Shown piece after piece: positions 1 through 9,966 of a DNA stretch of 64,000 nt. Below the pieces are notes generated by a model that was given only the letters and a program-made list of their open reading frames with translations, searched no databases and had not been told where the DNA came from. The translations under genes were made by a program, and so were the position numbers. Each line of letters begins with the position of its first letter. Within the stretch, counting starts at the first letter, position 1. The DNA comes from Escherichia phage EP335. The stretch lies in sequence record MG748548; one strand, given 5' to 3'.

Positions 1-144
1 ATAACCCTTAAGACTTACCACAGAGTTCACAGTGGGGTTCCTTCTTTTGCTAGTAATGAAAAAGAAGGGGTTGTTGATGGAGAACCTGTTGACATTCCAG
101 AGGGCCGTTGGGTAGATCTTCGTGTAGAGATGCCAACCGAGTAA
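1..144 (+). CDS. 3' end of an upstream gene (partial, product unknown)
   Basis: Frame 1 is open from the window edge to TAA at 142-144; a hairpin follows immediately. Confidence 0.35.
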   Translation: MTLKTYHRVHSGVPSFASNEKEGVVDGEPVDIPEGRWVDLRVEMPTE

Positions 145-153
145 ATAATATAT

Positions 154-174
154 GCTCCCTTCGGGGAGCTTTAA
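154..174 (+). terminator. Hairpin terminator (GCTCCC-TTCG-GGGAGC then TTTAA)
   Basis: Perfect 6-bp stem with TTCG tetraloop directly after the upstream stop codon; T-run is weak. Confidence 0.45.
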
Positions 175-184
175 GGAGATTTTA

Positions 185-2374
185 ATGTCTAGAGAATTAA
201 TGCCCAAATCTGGCATAATGATGCCTCATGTTGTTATTAACCGAGATGCTGCGGTGGTGGGTGTCTCAACTGTTGATGGTGTTGCTGGTGCGGTTAATCT
301 GACTGATAAATATTTACAGAAAACAGATGCAGCTTCTACTTATTTAACTAGAGCCGAAGGTGCTACTAAAACTTTTGTAACAGATGCAATTGGACCTATC
401 ATGTCTGGTGCACTGTTTAAAGATGACCCTGTTGTTGCAAATGATGTAGCTTTCCGTTCAGGTGGAGCTAATGGTGTAGAATCTGTGGATATGATTAAAG
501 TCACTCCAGAGAATACTATCAAACTTGGTAGTTATGCATCTTCTGTTCAGGGAGTAGAGATTCACTCAGCTGGTCGTCTTCAGGTTGTTGATCAGAATGA
601 CAGTGGTGTAGAAACTAAATACCCTGTTTATTCTAAACGGTATCGTCCTGAGATTGAAGATTTACCTTTTGCTGCAATTGGGTCTTATGTTAAGGATTCT
701 AAAGGTCGTACTATTGGTGTTACTCGTACTGGTATCAACTCTGATATCAAACAGCTTACACAGAAAGTCACATTTACTCAGCCTGTAACTGTAGCAGATG
801 GTGTTGGGGACTACGATGCTGTAACAATGAGGCAGCTGCGTAATAGTGGTGGTGGCTCTGGTGGTCCTACCATGAGTGGTATTTCTAACTTTGGTATTGG
901 TGATTTTCACCTACGTGACAGTCGTGCTTTCATCCCCGCTTTTGAGGTAGTCTCTGACGGGCAGCTTTTGAATCGCGCTGACTACCCTGATTTATGGGCT
1001 TATGCTCAACTCTTAACTCCAATCAGTGACGCTGCTTGGTTGGCGGATGCACAGCAGAGAGGTAAATACTCTACTGGTGATGGTACAACCACTTTCAGGG
1101 TTCCGGATAGAAACGGCGTACAAGCAGGATCTCTTAAAGAACTGTTTGCCCGTGGTGACGGTGGTAATTCTTCTAATAACGGTATGATGTATGATGCAGC
1201 TCTTCCTAATATCGTGGGCTATACCGCACATACTCTGCTAACAGCGTCTAGCTCTCAAGGACAGGTGGCAACTGATGGAGCTTTCACTTCAACCACATCA
1301 ACCCAAGGTGTATGGCCTGTTAGTGGGGGGGGTGGTCTTTATACTAACATTCGTTTTGATGCTAATCAATCTGATCCTACCTATGGTAGATATGGAATTA
1401 CATCAAACGTAATACCTCGTAACTTTATAGGTGTTTGGACTATTCGTGCGCATGGTGGTTTTACTGCTGCTAATACTTCTTGGTCTGTTATTGATAGTGA
1501 CTCGACAGAGCCTGCATCCGGAACAGTTGTTAGGGGCGGTAGTGTCAAATCTGAATACAAGATTGGTACAAGCCCAAAATATCAAGCATATCTTCAGGCA
1601 TATGGGAAAATTGGTGGGTTAGCAATTGACCGAGGTGCAGTTCTATCAAACGGGGTACAGGAGTGGTTCTTTAATCAAGATGGGACTTTGTATTTCCCAG
1701 ACGCAGAGACGCAAATTGGTACATTAAGGTCTGATGGCGCGTTACATATTAGCGCATACGTCAGGCCAAAGGATGTCGTTGTAAATCCATTAAACTCTGT
1801 TGGGGTTGCAGCTTCAGAAAGAAACGCCGTCAGAATGATCAACTACGCAAATGTACCAGAAGGGGGTTATATTAACTCAGTTGGTGGCGACTGGTATGAT
1901 GGGAATTGGATGCTCGGCGGAGTCAGAAGTGGCACAACAGCATTGGACCGTGCGCAACTTAACATTTTGAATGGCATTGGCAGCAGCGCCTCGTATATAT
2001 TTGGCTCTGATGGTATAGCAAGATGTCAAGAATGGAGAAGTACATCTGATGAACGGATTAAAAGCAATATTGAGCGTATCAGTGATCCACTCTCCAAGAT
2101 GAAAAACATCAAGGGGGTTACGTGGGTTCTGGAAACCAACGGCTCGGTAGGGTACGGATTCATCGCACAGGACGTAGAGAAGGATTTTCCTGAAGCTGTA
2201 TCAGAAATAAAGGCTTCACCAGTCACTCTGCGAGACGGGTCTGTGTTGGACAATGTAAAGTCAGTTAACACCTCGGGAGTTGCTGCTGCGTTGCACCATG
2301 AAGCTATTCTTGAACTTATGAAGCAGGTTGAAGATCTTAAGAAAGAGGTGTCAGAGCTTAAGTCTAGTAAGTAA
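185..2374 (+). CDS. Tail fibre protein with phage tail-collar domain and C-terminal intramolecular chaperone (peptidase S74-like) domain
   Basis: AAGGAG at 174-179 then ATG at 185 (the track start at 152 lies inside the hairpin). Collar-like motif DYPDLWAYAQ...GDGTTTFRVPDRNG; C-terminal TSDERIKSNIERI...GVTWVLETNG...GFIAQDVEKDFPEAV typical of self-cleaving tail-fibre chaperone domains. Confidence 0.85.
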   Translation: MSRELMPKSGIMMPHVVINRDAAVVGVSTVDGVAGAVNLTDKYLQKTDAASTYLTRAEGATKTFVTDAIGPIMSGALFKDDPVVANDVAFRSGGANGVESVDMIKVTPENTIKLGSYASSVQGVEIHSAGRLQVVDQNDSGVETKYPVYSKRYRPEIEDLPFAAIGSYVKDSKGRTIGVTRTGINSDIKQLTQKVTFTQPVTVADGVGDYDAVTMRQLRNSGGGSGGPTMSGISNFGIGDFHLRDSRAFIPAFEVVSDGQLLNRADYPDLWAYAQLLTPISDAAWLADAQQRGKYSTGDGTTTFRVPDRNGVQAGSLKELFARGDGGNSSNNGMMYDAALPNIVGYTAHTLLTASSSQGQVATDGAFTSTTSTQGVWPVSGGGGLYTNIRFDANQSDPTYGRYGITSNVIPRNFIGVWTIRAHGGFTAANTSWSVIDSDSTEPASGTVVRGGSVKSEYKIGTSPKYQAYLQAYGKIGGLAIDRGAVLSNGVQEWFFNQDGTLYFPDAETQIGTLRSDGALHISAYVRPKDVVVNPLNSVGVAASERNAVRMINYANVPEGGYINSVGGDWYDGNWMLGGVRSGTTALDRAQLNILNGIGSSASYIFGSDGIARCQEWRSTSDERIKSNIERISDPLSKMKNIKGVTWVLETNGSVGYGFIAQDVEKDFPEAVSEIKASPVTLRDGSVLDNVKSVNTSGVAAALHHEAILELMKQVEDLKKEVSELKSSK
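2048..2371 (+). other. Intramolecular chaperone / autoproteolytic domain of the tail fibre (predicted cleavage before DERIK)
   Basis: Last ~108 codons carry the S/DERxK motif and conserved downstream block seen in T5 pb1 and K1F endosialidase C-terminal chaperone domains. Confidence 0.65.
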
Positions 2375-2380
2375 TCTAGT

Positions 2381-2400
2381 AGCCCCTTCGGGGGCTTTAG
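2381..2400 (+). terminator. Hairpin terminator (AGCCCC-TTCG-GGGGCT)
   Basis: Perfect stem with TTCG tetraloop 7 nt after the tail-fibre stop; short T tract. Confidence 0.5.
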
Positions 2401-2468
2401 TAGTAAGTATGTTCAAGAAGTAATGAAACTACTATATCACAAAAGGAATACACATAGGAGATACGAAG

Positions 2469-2687
2469 ATGAAAATGATGAAACAAATCAGTTATGGGTT
2501 AGCTTGTGTTGCTACCGGTTTTGCTGTGTCAGTGGCTGTTCCTGTTAACGCAGTGCATCCTCTGGTAACACACCCTGCACCAATTGAGAAGTTAAGTGCA
2601 TCTTGTAAGCAGCGTACAATTCAGAATAATCTTGTGGTTATTTGTCCAGACTCTGATTCTAGTGCTCTGAGAAACATGCTTCAGTAA
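2469..2687 (+). CDS. Small protein with N-terminal signal peptide / TM segment (possible holin, antiholin or lipoprotein)
   Basis: AGGAGA RBS; 20-residue hydrophobic N-terminus with L-A-C lipobox-like triplet; sits immediately upstream of the endolysin. Confidence 0.5.
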   Translation: MKMMKQISYGLACVATGFAVSVAVPVNAVHPLVTHPAPIEKLSASCKQRTIQNNLVVICPDSDSSALRNMLQ

Positions 2688-2718
2688 TTTAGGGCTAACT
2701 GGGAAGGGAGGTGAAAAA

Positions 2719-3210
2719 ATGGATAATGTCGCATTGCCACCGATACAGCTGAGCTTAAGCCCAGACGGGATGGAATTCATCATGAAGCATGAAGGTATGA
2801 GAACTCGTGCTTACCAAGATTCCGCAGGTATCTGGACGATATGTGTTGGGGCTACGCGCGATATGAATGGGTATCCAGTTAGACAGGGATTAACGTATTC
2901 TATAGAGGATTGTCTAGCTCTGCTAGATAGAGACACACAAGACTCTGTTCGTGCCACTCAGAAAAATATTAGGGTTCCTTTGTTAACCCACGAGTTTGAT
3001 GCTCTCACCTCTTTCAACTTCAACGTTGGTGGTGGGGCTTTATCAACTTCTAAACTTAGGAAAGTTATTAACGGAGATGTAAAGGGTGATGTTTATTCTG
3101 AGTTCCTCCGTTGGGATAAAATTACAGTTAAAGGTAAGAAGATTAGCAGTCCGGGATTGAAGAATCGTAGAACTGCTGAAGCTGACCTTTACACTGAAGG
3201 TAAATACTAA
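2719..3210 (+). CDS. Endolysin, glycoside hydrolase family 24 lysozyme
   Basis: GGAGG RBS; motif HEGMRTRAYQDSAGIWTICVGAT matches the E-x8-D-x5-T catalytic region of P22 gp19 / lambda R-type lysozymes. Confidence 0.85.
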   Translation: MDNVALPPIQLSLSPDGMEFIMKHEGMRTRAYQDSAGIWTICVGATRDMNGYPVRQGLTYSIEDCLALLDRDTQDSVRATQKNIRVPLLTHEFDALTSFNFNVGGGALSTSKLRKVINGDVKGDVYSEFLRWDKITVKGKKISSPGLKNRRTAEADLYTEGKY

Positions 3211-3221
3211 AAGGAGTTGTC

Positions 3222-4025
3222 ATGGCAGTAGAAACTAATGCTAACACAATTAATGACCTCAACCCCCTGTACCCTCGTGACAGGGATTATCTTTACGAAG
3301 GGGCGGCTCAGATTCGCCTCGTTAAACAAGTATTGCAGAACACTTTTCCAAACGTAACAGAACCAGTTCAATTGGACTCAGACTCTCTCAATATTCTGGC
3401 TAGCAAAGTTACTTTTACTGGTGACTCTATGGATGTTGGTGGGTTGATGATCAAGAATGCAACTCCGGGTACAGGTGATAGAGATGTTGTCACTAAAGGC
3501 CAGATGGAAGCTTTCATGCAGAACTGGATGGCTAACAAAGTATTCAGGATTGGTTCTTACTATATCACTGAAGAAGATATTAACCCCGGTGATAGTTCTT
3601 CTCTTGGTTTTGGCTCTTGGGCTAAAGTGACTGGTGTTATTATGGGTTCTGGTGTAGTAAACCCTGACGGTTCTGTTCCTAATGCTCAGCGTGTTGAATT
3701 CCAAGCAGGTGGTACAGGTGGTCGTGTGTTTAACACTATCCGTGCTGATAACCTACCTCTTGTAACTATCAATGGCTCAAGCTTCTCTGTATCTAGTAAC
3801 ACTCACGGTCACAACATGGTGTTTGGTCGTGGTGACGCAAGTGGTCATAACAGCTCCCCTAACTGGTATAGTCCGGGTGGTGGTTATAGTCAGAGAACTG
3901 AAAATGATACACACTCTCACACAATCTCTGGTTCTGTATCTTTTGGTCGTGATGATGTTTCTCGTCAGCCAATTAATACTTTACCACCTTTCCGATCTGC
4001 ACACATCTGGAGACGTATTAGCTAA
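3222..4025 (+). CDS. Tail fibre / receptor-binding-like protein with His-x-His motifs
   Basis: Position in the tail module; C-terminal THGHN, SGHN, THSHT motifs resemble metal-binding HxH repeats of fibre tips. Confidence 0.55.
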   Translation: MAVETNANTINDLNPLYPRDRDYLYEGAAQIRLVKQVLQNTFPNVTEPVQLDSDSLNILASKVTFTGDSMDVGGLMIKNATPGTGDRDVVTKGQMEAFMQNWMANKVFRIGSYYITEEDINPGDSSSLGFGSWAKVTGVIMGSGVVNPDGSVPNAQRVEFQAGGTGGRVFNTIRADNLPLVTINGSSFSVSSNTHGHNMVFGRGDASGHNSSPNWYSPGGGYSQRTENDTHSHTISGSVSFGRDDVSRQPINTLPPFRSAHIWRRIS

Positions 4026-4034
4026 GGAGGAATT

Positions 4035-7000
4035 ATGGCGTTATACCCTATAAAATCACTTGGGGCTGTCGGTGTTATCGCTGATCAGGCACCAACTGAT
4101 TTAGCACCTAACGCTTTCACCAACGCTATGAACGCTCGGTTTGTTGAGCAGAGAGTTTTTAAGACGGGGGGCAATGCCCCTCTTTCTTACGTGGAAGAAG
4201 ACAAAGATCTGACTCCACTCTCTTTTGTCTCCATGCCTTTCGATTATTATAGCGCAGGAAATAGCTTCCTTGTAGTAGGTACAGATAAGAAGTTATATAA
4301 ACTGACAGATGAAAGCTTAACTGATATCAGTCGTAAAGTTGCTACGGTAACTAAGAAAGCTTCTGCTATCATAAAGATTTATCCAGTGGTCTCAAGGATT
4401 GTTCCTAAAGAGAGTACTATCACAATGAACTTTAACCAGACAAAAGAGTTAGAAGTTCAGGTTTTTCCAGAGGATGCTAATAATGCTAATCTGACTTGGG
4501 AAGTAAGTAACCCTTCTTATGCCAGTATTGCAGTAAATCCTACAGATTCTAAAAAAGCCACCCTCACTACATTATCTACAGAAGGAACACTGTCCATTAC
4601 TGTTTCCATTGAAGATGAATCTGTGACAGCTCAAATCTCCGTTAACATTGTTGATGGGGATACGGGTATCTTCTTGAGTCAAGACACAATCACAATTCGA
4701 AGAGGTGGTACAACAACTCTTACTGCTATCTCAGGTAAGACTCCTATCACTTGGATTAGTAGCAATGGTGGTGCTTTGTCTGTGACACCCAATGCCAATA
4801 CACTAACTGCTGTTCTCAATGCCATGGGAGAAGGAACTTTTACTGTTACAGCTGATAATGGCTCTAAGTCTGCTACCTGTACAGTTAATGTGATACCTCA
4901 GATTGATTCTATTTCTCTGAGTCAGACAGATGTTCAGATGGATAGAGGGACTCAGTATGTTCTAACTGCAACAGTCAACCCTGCTGATGCTCCTAATAAA
5001 GCAATCACTTGGACTTCTTCCAATCCTAATATTGCTACAGTATCAGGGACAAGCACAGAGGCTACAATTACTGGACTTCTGGCTGGGTTTACAGAGATTA
5101 CAGCAGTAACAGAGGAAGGTAGTCGTTCAGCTGTTTGTACTGTTCGTGTCAACCTAGCAGGTAGAATGCTAAATACCAGAAGCCTAGCGATGGCTGCTAG
5201 TGCACCTCTAGTGGAAGAGTTCAAAGAGGAAGAAGAACCAGTTGTGCAGAATGAAGAAGTTGTTTACTTCATGTCTGACTCTATGGGAATTGATACCTCT
5301 GGCATGGCTGAAGGCAATAACTTCTTTGACTACTCTAACGTATTTGATATGGAAGGTTTTGCTCGTGCTGCGGAGAACTCAAGAGCTGCTCCTCTGACAA
5401 ATGTGACACTAGATATTGTTGAAGCTTCTCTAGATGTAGGTGAAGAAATTGTCATAACTGCTACAGCAGCTCCAGAAGGGGATTACTCCTATCAGTGGGT
5501 TGTTGACAAGAGTGGTTATGTTTCTACTACCTCAACAACTGGAAGATCTTTGAAACTTACAGCTGTTCGTAAAGGCGAGATTAAAGTTACATGTACGGCG
5601 AGTCAGATGACTCAAAGAGACTACGATGCTTTTGATGATTACCCTTGGTATCATGCAGTAATCTCTAACTGTGCAGTAGCGACAACTCACTATGAAACTC
5701 CTCAGGTTAAAGAATTCGAATCTGAATACTTTACAGACCTTCCGGGCTGGGGTGAACAAACAATTGTTGATGGTGATGGGAACCCTTCTGTTCGTAAGTT
5801 TAACTGGAAGTGCGAAAGGGTTAGAGCTTTTAACAACAGATTGTTTGCTCTGAATATGAGGGAATCTAATGCCTCTGGTGTTACCACTCACTATCCTTTA
5901 CGTCTTCGCTGGTCTAACTTTGCGAACGAGAACAAGGCTCCTACTTTGTGGGATGATTATGCTTACGATCGACTGACAACTTCTGATCTTTCAGCGAACA
6001 TTGTTGGGCAGACTGAAGCTCTTGAGAATGGTTATGCAGGGTATATTGATCTGGCTGACTCTAACGGTAGTTTGATTGATGTTCTCCCTTTGAAAGATTA
6101 CTTATTTGTTTACACCGAGTTTGAAACCTACATCGGTTCTCCTACTAACAACACATACCAGCCTCTGATGTTTAAGAAGCTGTTTAACGATTCAGGTATT
6201 CTTGCTCCTGAGTGTGTGGTTGAAGTAGAGGGTGGTCACTTTGTTGTAACACAGAACGATGTGATTCTTCATAACGGTGCATCTAAGAAATCTATTGCAT
6301 CTAACCGTGTCAAGAACATGCTTATTAATGAAGTGTGTTTGGTAAACCCTCTAGCTACTAGAGTTCACTTGCACCAAGATAAGAAAGAAGTTTGGGTCAT
6401 GTATGTTGGGCCGGGAGAGCCGAAAGAAAGTTTTGCTTGTACGAAGGCTGCGGTCTGGAATTACGAGTTTGATACTTGGTCTTTCCGTACTATCCCGTAT
6501 GCTCAATGTATTGGTCTTGTTGATCCTCCTGTTCTCGAAAGAGGTCCAGTGTGGACTGACTTCCAAACTATCACTTGGGACGACCCTGCTATTGATAAAC
6601 TGGTGTGGAGAAAGGATGCAACTAACTTCCGTCAGAGAATTACTATCGTAGGCTCTTTCTTAAGGGGTTTCTATCAAGTAGATGTTGGTGCTTTGGATTA
6701 TTTCTATGACAGAGCGAATGACAAAATAATAGAGCGCCCTCTGGAAATGAGGTTAGAGAGAACAGGGATTGATTTTGATAACGTCACTAACGAATGGAAT
6801 CAAAAACACATCAACCGGTTCAGACCTCAGACTACAGGTTCTGGTACGTATATCTTTGAAGCTGGAGGTAGTCAATTCTCTAACGAGTATGGTCACAACC
6901 ACACAACTAAGAGTTATACGATTGGAGTTGATAGGCACGTAGCTGTGAGACTGAACCATCCATACCTATTCTATAATGTTATAGATAATGATGTTAACAG

Positions 7001-7055
7001 TAACGCAGCCATAAATGGGCTGACAATAGAGTTTAATGTTGGCGGTCGAAGATAA
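4035..7055 (+). CDS. Large virion protein with tandem bacterial Ig-like (Big_2) domains
   Basis: Several ~80-aa repeats of the form ITWxSSNxxxATV...TxTxxxxG (Big_2-like) in the N-terminal half; 1006 aa; RBS AAGGAGG. Confidence 0.7.
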   Translation: MALYPIKSLGAVGVIADQAPTDLAPNAFTNAMNARFVEQRVFKTGGNAPLSYVEEDKDLTPLSFVSMPFDYYSAGNSFLVVGTDKKLYKLTDESLTDISRKVATVTKKASAIIKIYPVVSRIVPKESTITMNFNQTKELEVQVFPEDANNANLTWEVSNPSYASIAVNPTDSKKATLTTLSTEGTLSITVSIEDESVTAQISVNIVDGDTGIFLSQDTITIRRGGTTTLTAISGKTPITWISSNGGALSVTPNANTLTAVLNAMGEGTFTVTADNGSKSATCTVNVIPQIDSISLSQTDVQMDRGTQYVLTATVNPADAPNKAITWTSSNPNIATVSGTSTEATITGLLAGFTEITAVTEEGSRSAVCTVRVNLAGRMLNTRSLAMAASAPLVEEFKEEEEPVVQNEEVVYFMSDSMGIDTSGMAEGNNFFDYSNVFDMEGFARAAENSRAAPLTNVTLDIVEASLDVGEEIVITATAAPEGDYSYQWVVDKSGYVSTTSTTGRSLKLTAVRKGEIKVTCTASQMTQRDYDAFDDYPWYHAVISNCAVATTHYETPQVKEFESEYFTDLPGWGEQTIVDGDGNPSVRKFNWKCERVRAFNNRLFALNMRESNASGVTTHYPLRLRWSNFANENKAPTLWDDYAYDRLTTSDLSANIVGQTEALENGYAGYIDLADSNGSLIDVLPLKDYLFVYTEFETYIGSPTNNTYQPLMFKKLFNDSGILAPECVVEVEGGHFVVTQNDVILHNGASKKSIASNRVKNMLINEVCLVNPLATRVHLHQDKKEVWVMYVGPGEPKESFACTKAAVWNYEFDTWSFRTIPYAQCIGLVDPPVLERGPVWTDFQTITWDDPAIDKLVWRKDATNFRQRITIVGSFLRGFYQVDVGALDYFYDRANDKIIERPLEMRLERTGIDFDNVTNEWNQKHINRFRPQTTGSGTYIFEAGGSQFSNEYGHNHTTKSYTIGVDRHVAVRLNHPYLFYNVIDNDVNSNAAINGLTIEFNVGGRR

Positions 7056-7060
7056 CAACT

Positions 7061-7090
7061 AAGGGGCTTCGGCCCCTTTTCTTGTTTTTA
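7061..7090 (+). terminator. Rho-independent terminator (AAGGGGC-TTCG-GCCCCTT then T-run)
   Basis: GC-rich 7-bp stem, TTCG loop, TTTTCTTGTTTTT tail directly after the 1006-aa gene stop. Confidence 0.65.
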
Positions 7091-7106
7091 AACTTTGGAG
7101 GTACTT

Positions 7107-8117
7107 ATGGGTGCTGGAGGTTTTCGTAAGAATACTGGACGTAACAACACCACACTTCCCTACAACGTTGGGTTTCTCAACAGGGTAGAGGATACAGAAA
7201 CGTATAACACTGCTGTCTATGATGAATTACAGAAAGTCAGTACAGCGACTAACCAAATGTTCCAAGCAATCGACGAGATTCATGATGAGATTGATGTTCG
7301 TATCAAAGCTCTTAACGCAATGAATCTCCAGTTCGATGAGCTTGAGAATCGAATTACTACAGAGATTGAAACAGCTATTGCAGACATTCAAACTCAAATG
7401 GGCAATCTATCTACGGATGATATTTGGGATAACTCAACGAATCCTCCTACTAAATTGAACGGTACGGTAGCTGGTATTAAAACTAGCATTGAAGGTAATG
7501 ATTTAAAGATTCAAACTGTTCAAGGCATTGTGAATGAGCAAGGACAAGAGATTGCTTTAGTTCAAACAGAACTTACAACTCAAGGTCAGAAGATTGTGGA
7601 TGTTGATGGAAGGGTTACAACTGTACAGAACTCTCTTTCTCAATATATGAAGCTTACCGAATATGAAGCTACTTGGGGTGTGAACTCAAGTGTTAACGGT
7701 CGGTATGCAGGAGTTAAGTTAACTAACAACGGAACGAACAGTGCTTTCCAAGTAACTGCTCAGAAGTTTATTGTCGGTGATGGTAGCTCTGGTAACACCC
7801 CTTTCGTCTTTGAGAATGGTAGGGCTAGAATGGAGTTCGCTGATATAAAGAATGTCAACATCACAACTGCCATGATTGCTAATGCTCGTATCCAGTTTGC
7901 TCAGATTGATAATGTATGGATTCAAGATGGTCAGATTGCTAACCTAACAGCTAACAAGATTACTGCTGGTAGTATGTCCGGCTCTAACTGGAGACTTACA
8001 GTAGGTGGGGATTTTGTAATGGGCGGAACAGGTGGGGCACAGCTTTGGATGAATGGAAACAGAATTGATTTCTATGATGGGAGTGGTGCTTTGAGAATTA
8101 GAATAGGGAGTTGGTGA
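7107..8117 (+). CDS. Coiled-coil tail fibre-like structural protein
   Basis: GGAGG RBS then ATG at 7107 (track start at 7095 is TTG); heptad-rich central region; Gly-rich C-terminus. Confidence 0.55.
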   Translation: MGAGGFRKNTGRNNTTLPYNVGFLNRVEDTETYNTAVYDELQKVSTATNQMFQAIDEIHDEIDVRIKALNAMNLQFDELENRITTEIETAIADIQTQMGNLSTDDIWDNSTNPPTKLNGTVAGIKTSIEGNDLKIQTVQGIVNEQGQEIALVQTELTTQGQKIVDVDGRVTTVQNSLSQYMKLTEYEATWGVNSSVNGRYAGVKLTNNGTNSAFQVTAQKFIVGDGSSGNTPFVFENGRARMEFADIKNVNITTAMIANARIQFAQIDNVWIQDGQIANLTANKITAGSMSGSNWRLTVGGDFVMGGTGGAQLWMNGNRIDFYDGSGALRIRIGSW

Positions 8118-8118
8118 T

Positions 8119-9150
8119 ATGGCATATGGAATTTGGGCACAACCTGTAGGGCCGGGGCCAGCTGCCCCTGCTCCTCTCTTTATAGATAGCGGGAGTACTT
8201 TCCCTCAGATAAAGAATACCATAAGTGGTAGTTTCAACTTTAACGGCGGTGGGAGATCTTTCCCTATTAGTGGGTGGGATGGTTCAGGTCAGATTGTTAT
8301 TGTCCCAACAGGATCTCTTTGTTGGCAATGGGAAGTCCCACCTAACCTAGTACCAGATGTTTATTGTGTAAACAATATCTACGTAGAGAACACCACATCA
8401 TTTCGTGTCAACCTTAACCAGAACCCCGGAAGCAACCCTCTTTTCGATTGTGGTTTTAACGTTTACCAAATCTGGCCCAGAGCTGATAGGAACTACGGTA
8501 TAACCTTTTCTAACACAGCGGATTACTTCTCTATCTCTGATGCTGGAGTTGTTGGTCAGTGTGTTTGGGCTTGGCAAGGAACAATAAACAATGCTTTACA
8601 AATTCCAGATATCGGTGGATTCTACATGCCTAACGCTGTGGTTTTTGCTAACTGGTCTGATGGTGGTTTAGGTCTATCTTACACTTCTGGTGACAGGGTT
8701 ATACGTGTTTATCAAAACCGTCCATATATTAATGGAAACACTAACGAAGGTGGTTCTGTCTTTGCTAGGGTTGCTGTGTTTTGTAATGGTGCTGGAGTTC
8801 CTGAGCACAATGGTGGTTTGAATATTTACTCACCGGGAACTGCACAGTGTGTATTCTCGACAAATAGGACACCTTTTACCATCGACAATTTTATAGGCTC
8901 TGGTGGGGGTAACACTGGAATGGCTTACCCTATGATACCTCTTTCCTCTGGTATTGGGGCTATAAAGGGTCAAGGAAGTGGTTGGAGATATCAGCAGATG
9001 AGATCTCATACAATGTCCGGTTCTAGTGTAGGAACGGGTTATGGGAGATATCTTTTCCAGTGGGATCAGAATTATGATTTAGGGTCTGATACTGTGGTCA
9101 ATTTATCTATACCTGTAATTAATGCAGCTAAAGTTTTTGCTGGTTTATAA
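8119..9150 (+). CDS. Virion structural protein (function unknown)
   Basis: Start tightly coupled to the upstream stop; 343-aa Gly/Asn-rich protein within the structural operon. Confidence 0.5.
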   Translation: MAYGIWAQPVGPGPAAPAPLFIDSGSTFPQIKNTISGSFNFNGGGRSFPISGWDGSGQIVIVPTGSLCWQWEVPPNLVPDVYCVNNIYVENTTSFRVNLNQNPGSNPLFDCGFNVYQIWPRADRNYGITFSNTADYFSISDAGVVGQCVWAWQGTINNALQIPDIGGFYMPNAVVFANWSDGGLGLSYTSGDRVIRVYQNRPYINGNTNEGGSVFARVAVFCNGAGVPEHNGGLNIYSPGTAQCVFSTNRTPFTIDNFIGSGGGNTGMAYPMIPLSSGIGAIKGQGSGWRYQQMRSHTMSGSSVGTGYGRYLFQWDQNYDLGSDTVVNLSIPVINAAKVFAGL

Positions 9151-9162
9151 CAAGGAGAGATT

Positions 9163-9957
9163 ATGGATAGGATTTTAGGAGTTTCAGAACTAGACCCACT
9201 GGTTCAACAAGCTGCTAAGAAGTATGGTATTCCTGCTGCTCTTGTTCATGCGGTCATTCAGAGGGAATCTAGTGGTAAGCCCTCTGCCGCTTCAGGAACA
9301 GGGCCAGTAGGGCTAATGCAGATTAGTAAAAGTTTGGCTAAAGATTATGGTTACAAACTAGAAGACCGTCTAGACCCAGCTAAGAATATTGACATGGGTG
9401 CTAGATATATCAAGGACAACTTAAAAGCATTTAATGGTGATGTAAGAAAGGCAATGGTAGGTTATTCAGAAGGGACTGGTGGTGCTAAGCAAATGTTTGC
9501 TGGTAAGAAAGGGTTCACCCCTCAAGCACTAGACTCCATGAACAACAAACACTTCCTCCCTTTCTTCAACCCTAATGATGCAGCAAGACAGACAGCAAAC
9601 CCTGTAGGAGCTTTACAGGAGGCTCAAGTTGTAGATCAATACAATCCATCAACACTAACTCGTGAGGGTGCTGCAAACGCTCCTACACAGGCTGAGGTGA
9701 TGGCTAGTAAGACAGGCGCTCTTGGTGGGAAACCTGCCGAGTTCTACGCTGAAGAAGTACAAGGTCAAGATCAACAAAGACCTCAGAACTTTGGGAATGC
9801 TGCACTTGCTGCTGCTGCAATGTTGGCTGGTAAAGTTCCTAACTCACAGACTGTTCAAAGAGCACATGCACCTACTGGAGCTTCCTCTAATTACAGTTCT
9901 CAAACTCAAGCGGTGCTCAGACGTTTAGCAAGCATCGGTACAGACATTTACAGGTAA
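9163..9957 (+). CDS. Lytic transglycosylase (SLT domain), probably virion-associated
   Basis: Motif VIQRESSGKPSAASGTGPVGLMQIS (catalytic Glu in the E-S motif plus GLMQ) typical of soluble lytic transglycosylases; RBS AAGGAGAG. Confidence 0.8.
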   Translation: MDRILGVSELDPLVQQAAKKYGIPAALVHAVIQRESSGKPSAASGTGPVGLMQISKSLAKDYGYKLEDRLDPAKNIDMGARYIKDNLKAFNGDVRKAMVGYSEGTGGAKQMFAGKKGFTPQALDSMNNKHFLPFFNPNDAARQTANPVGALQEAQVVDQYNPSTLTREGAANAPTQAEVMASKTGALGGKPAEFYAEEVQGQDQQRPQNFGNAALAAAAMLAGKVPNSQTVQRAHAPTGASSNYSSQTQAVLRRLASIGTDIYR

Positions 9958-9966
9958 GGAGGTTCT

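Noticed and set aside
4035-7055. Big_2 Ig-like protein as a bacterial adhesin acquired as cargo.
   Set aside because: It sits inside a co-directional structural operon between tail-fibre-like genes and ends with a phage-type terminator; more likely a virion decoration or tail protein.
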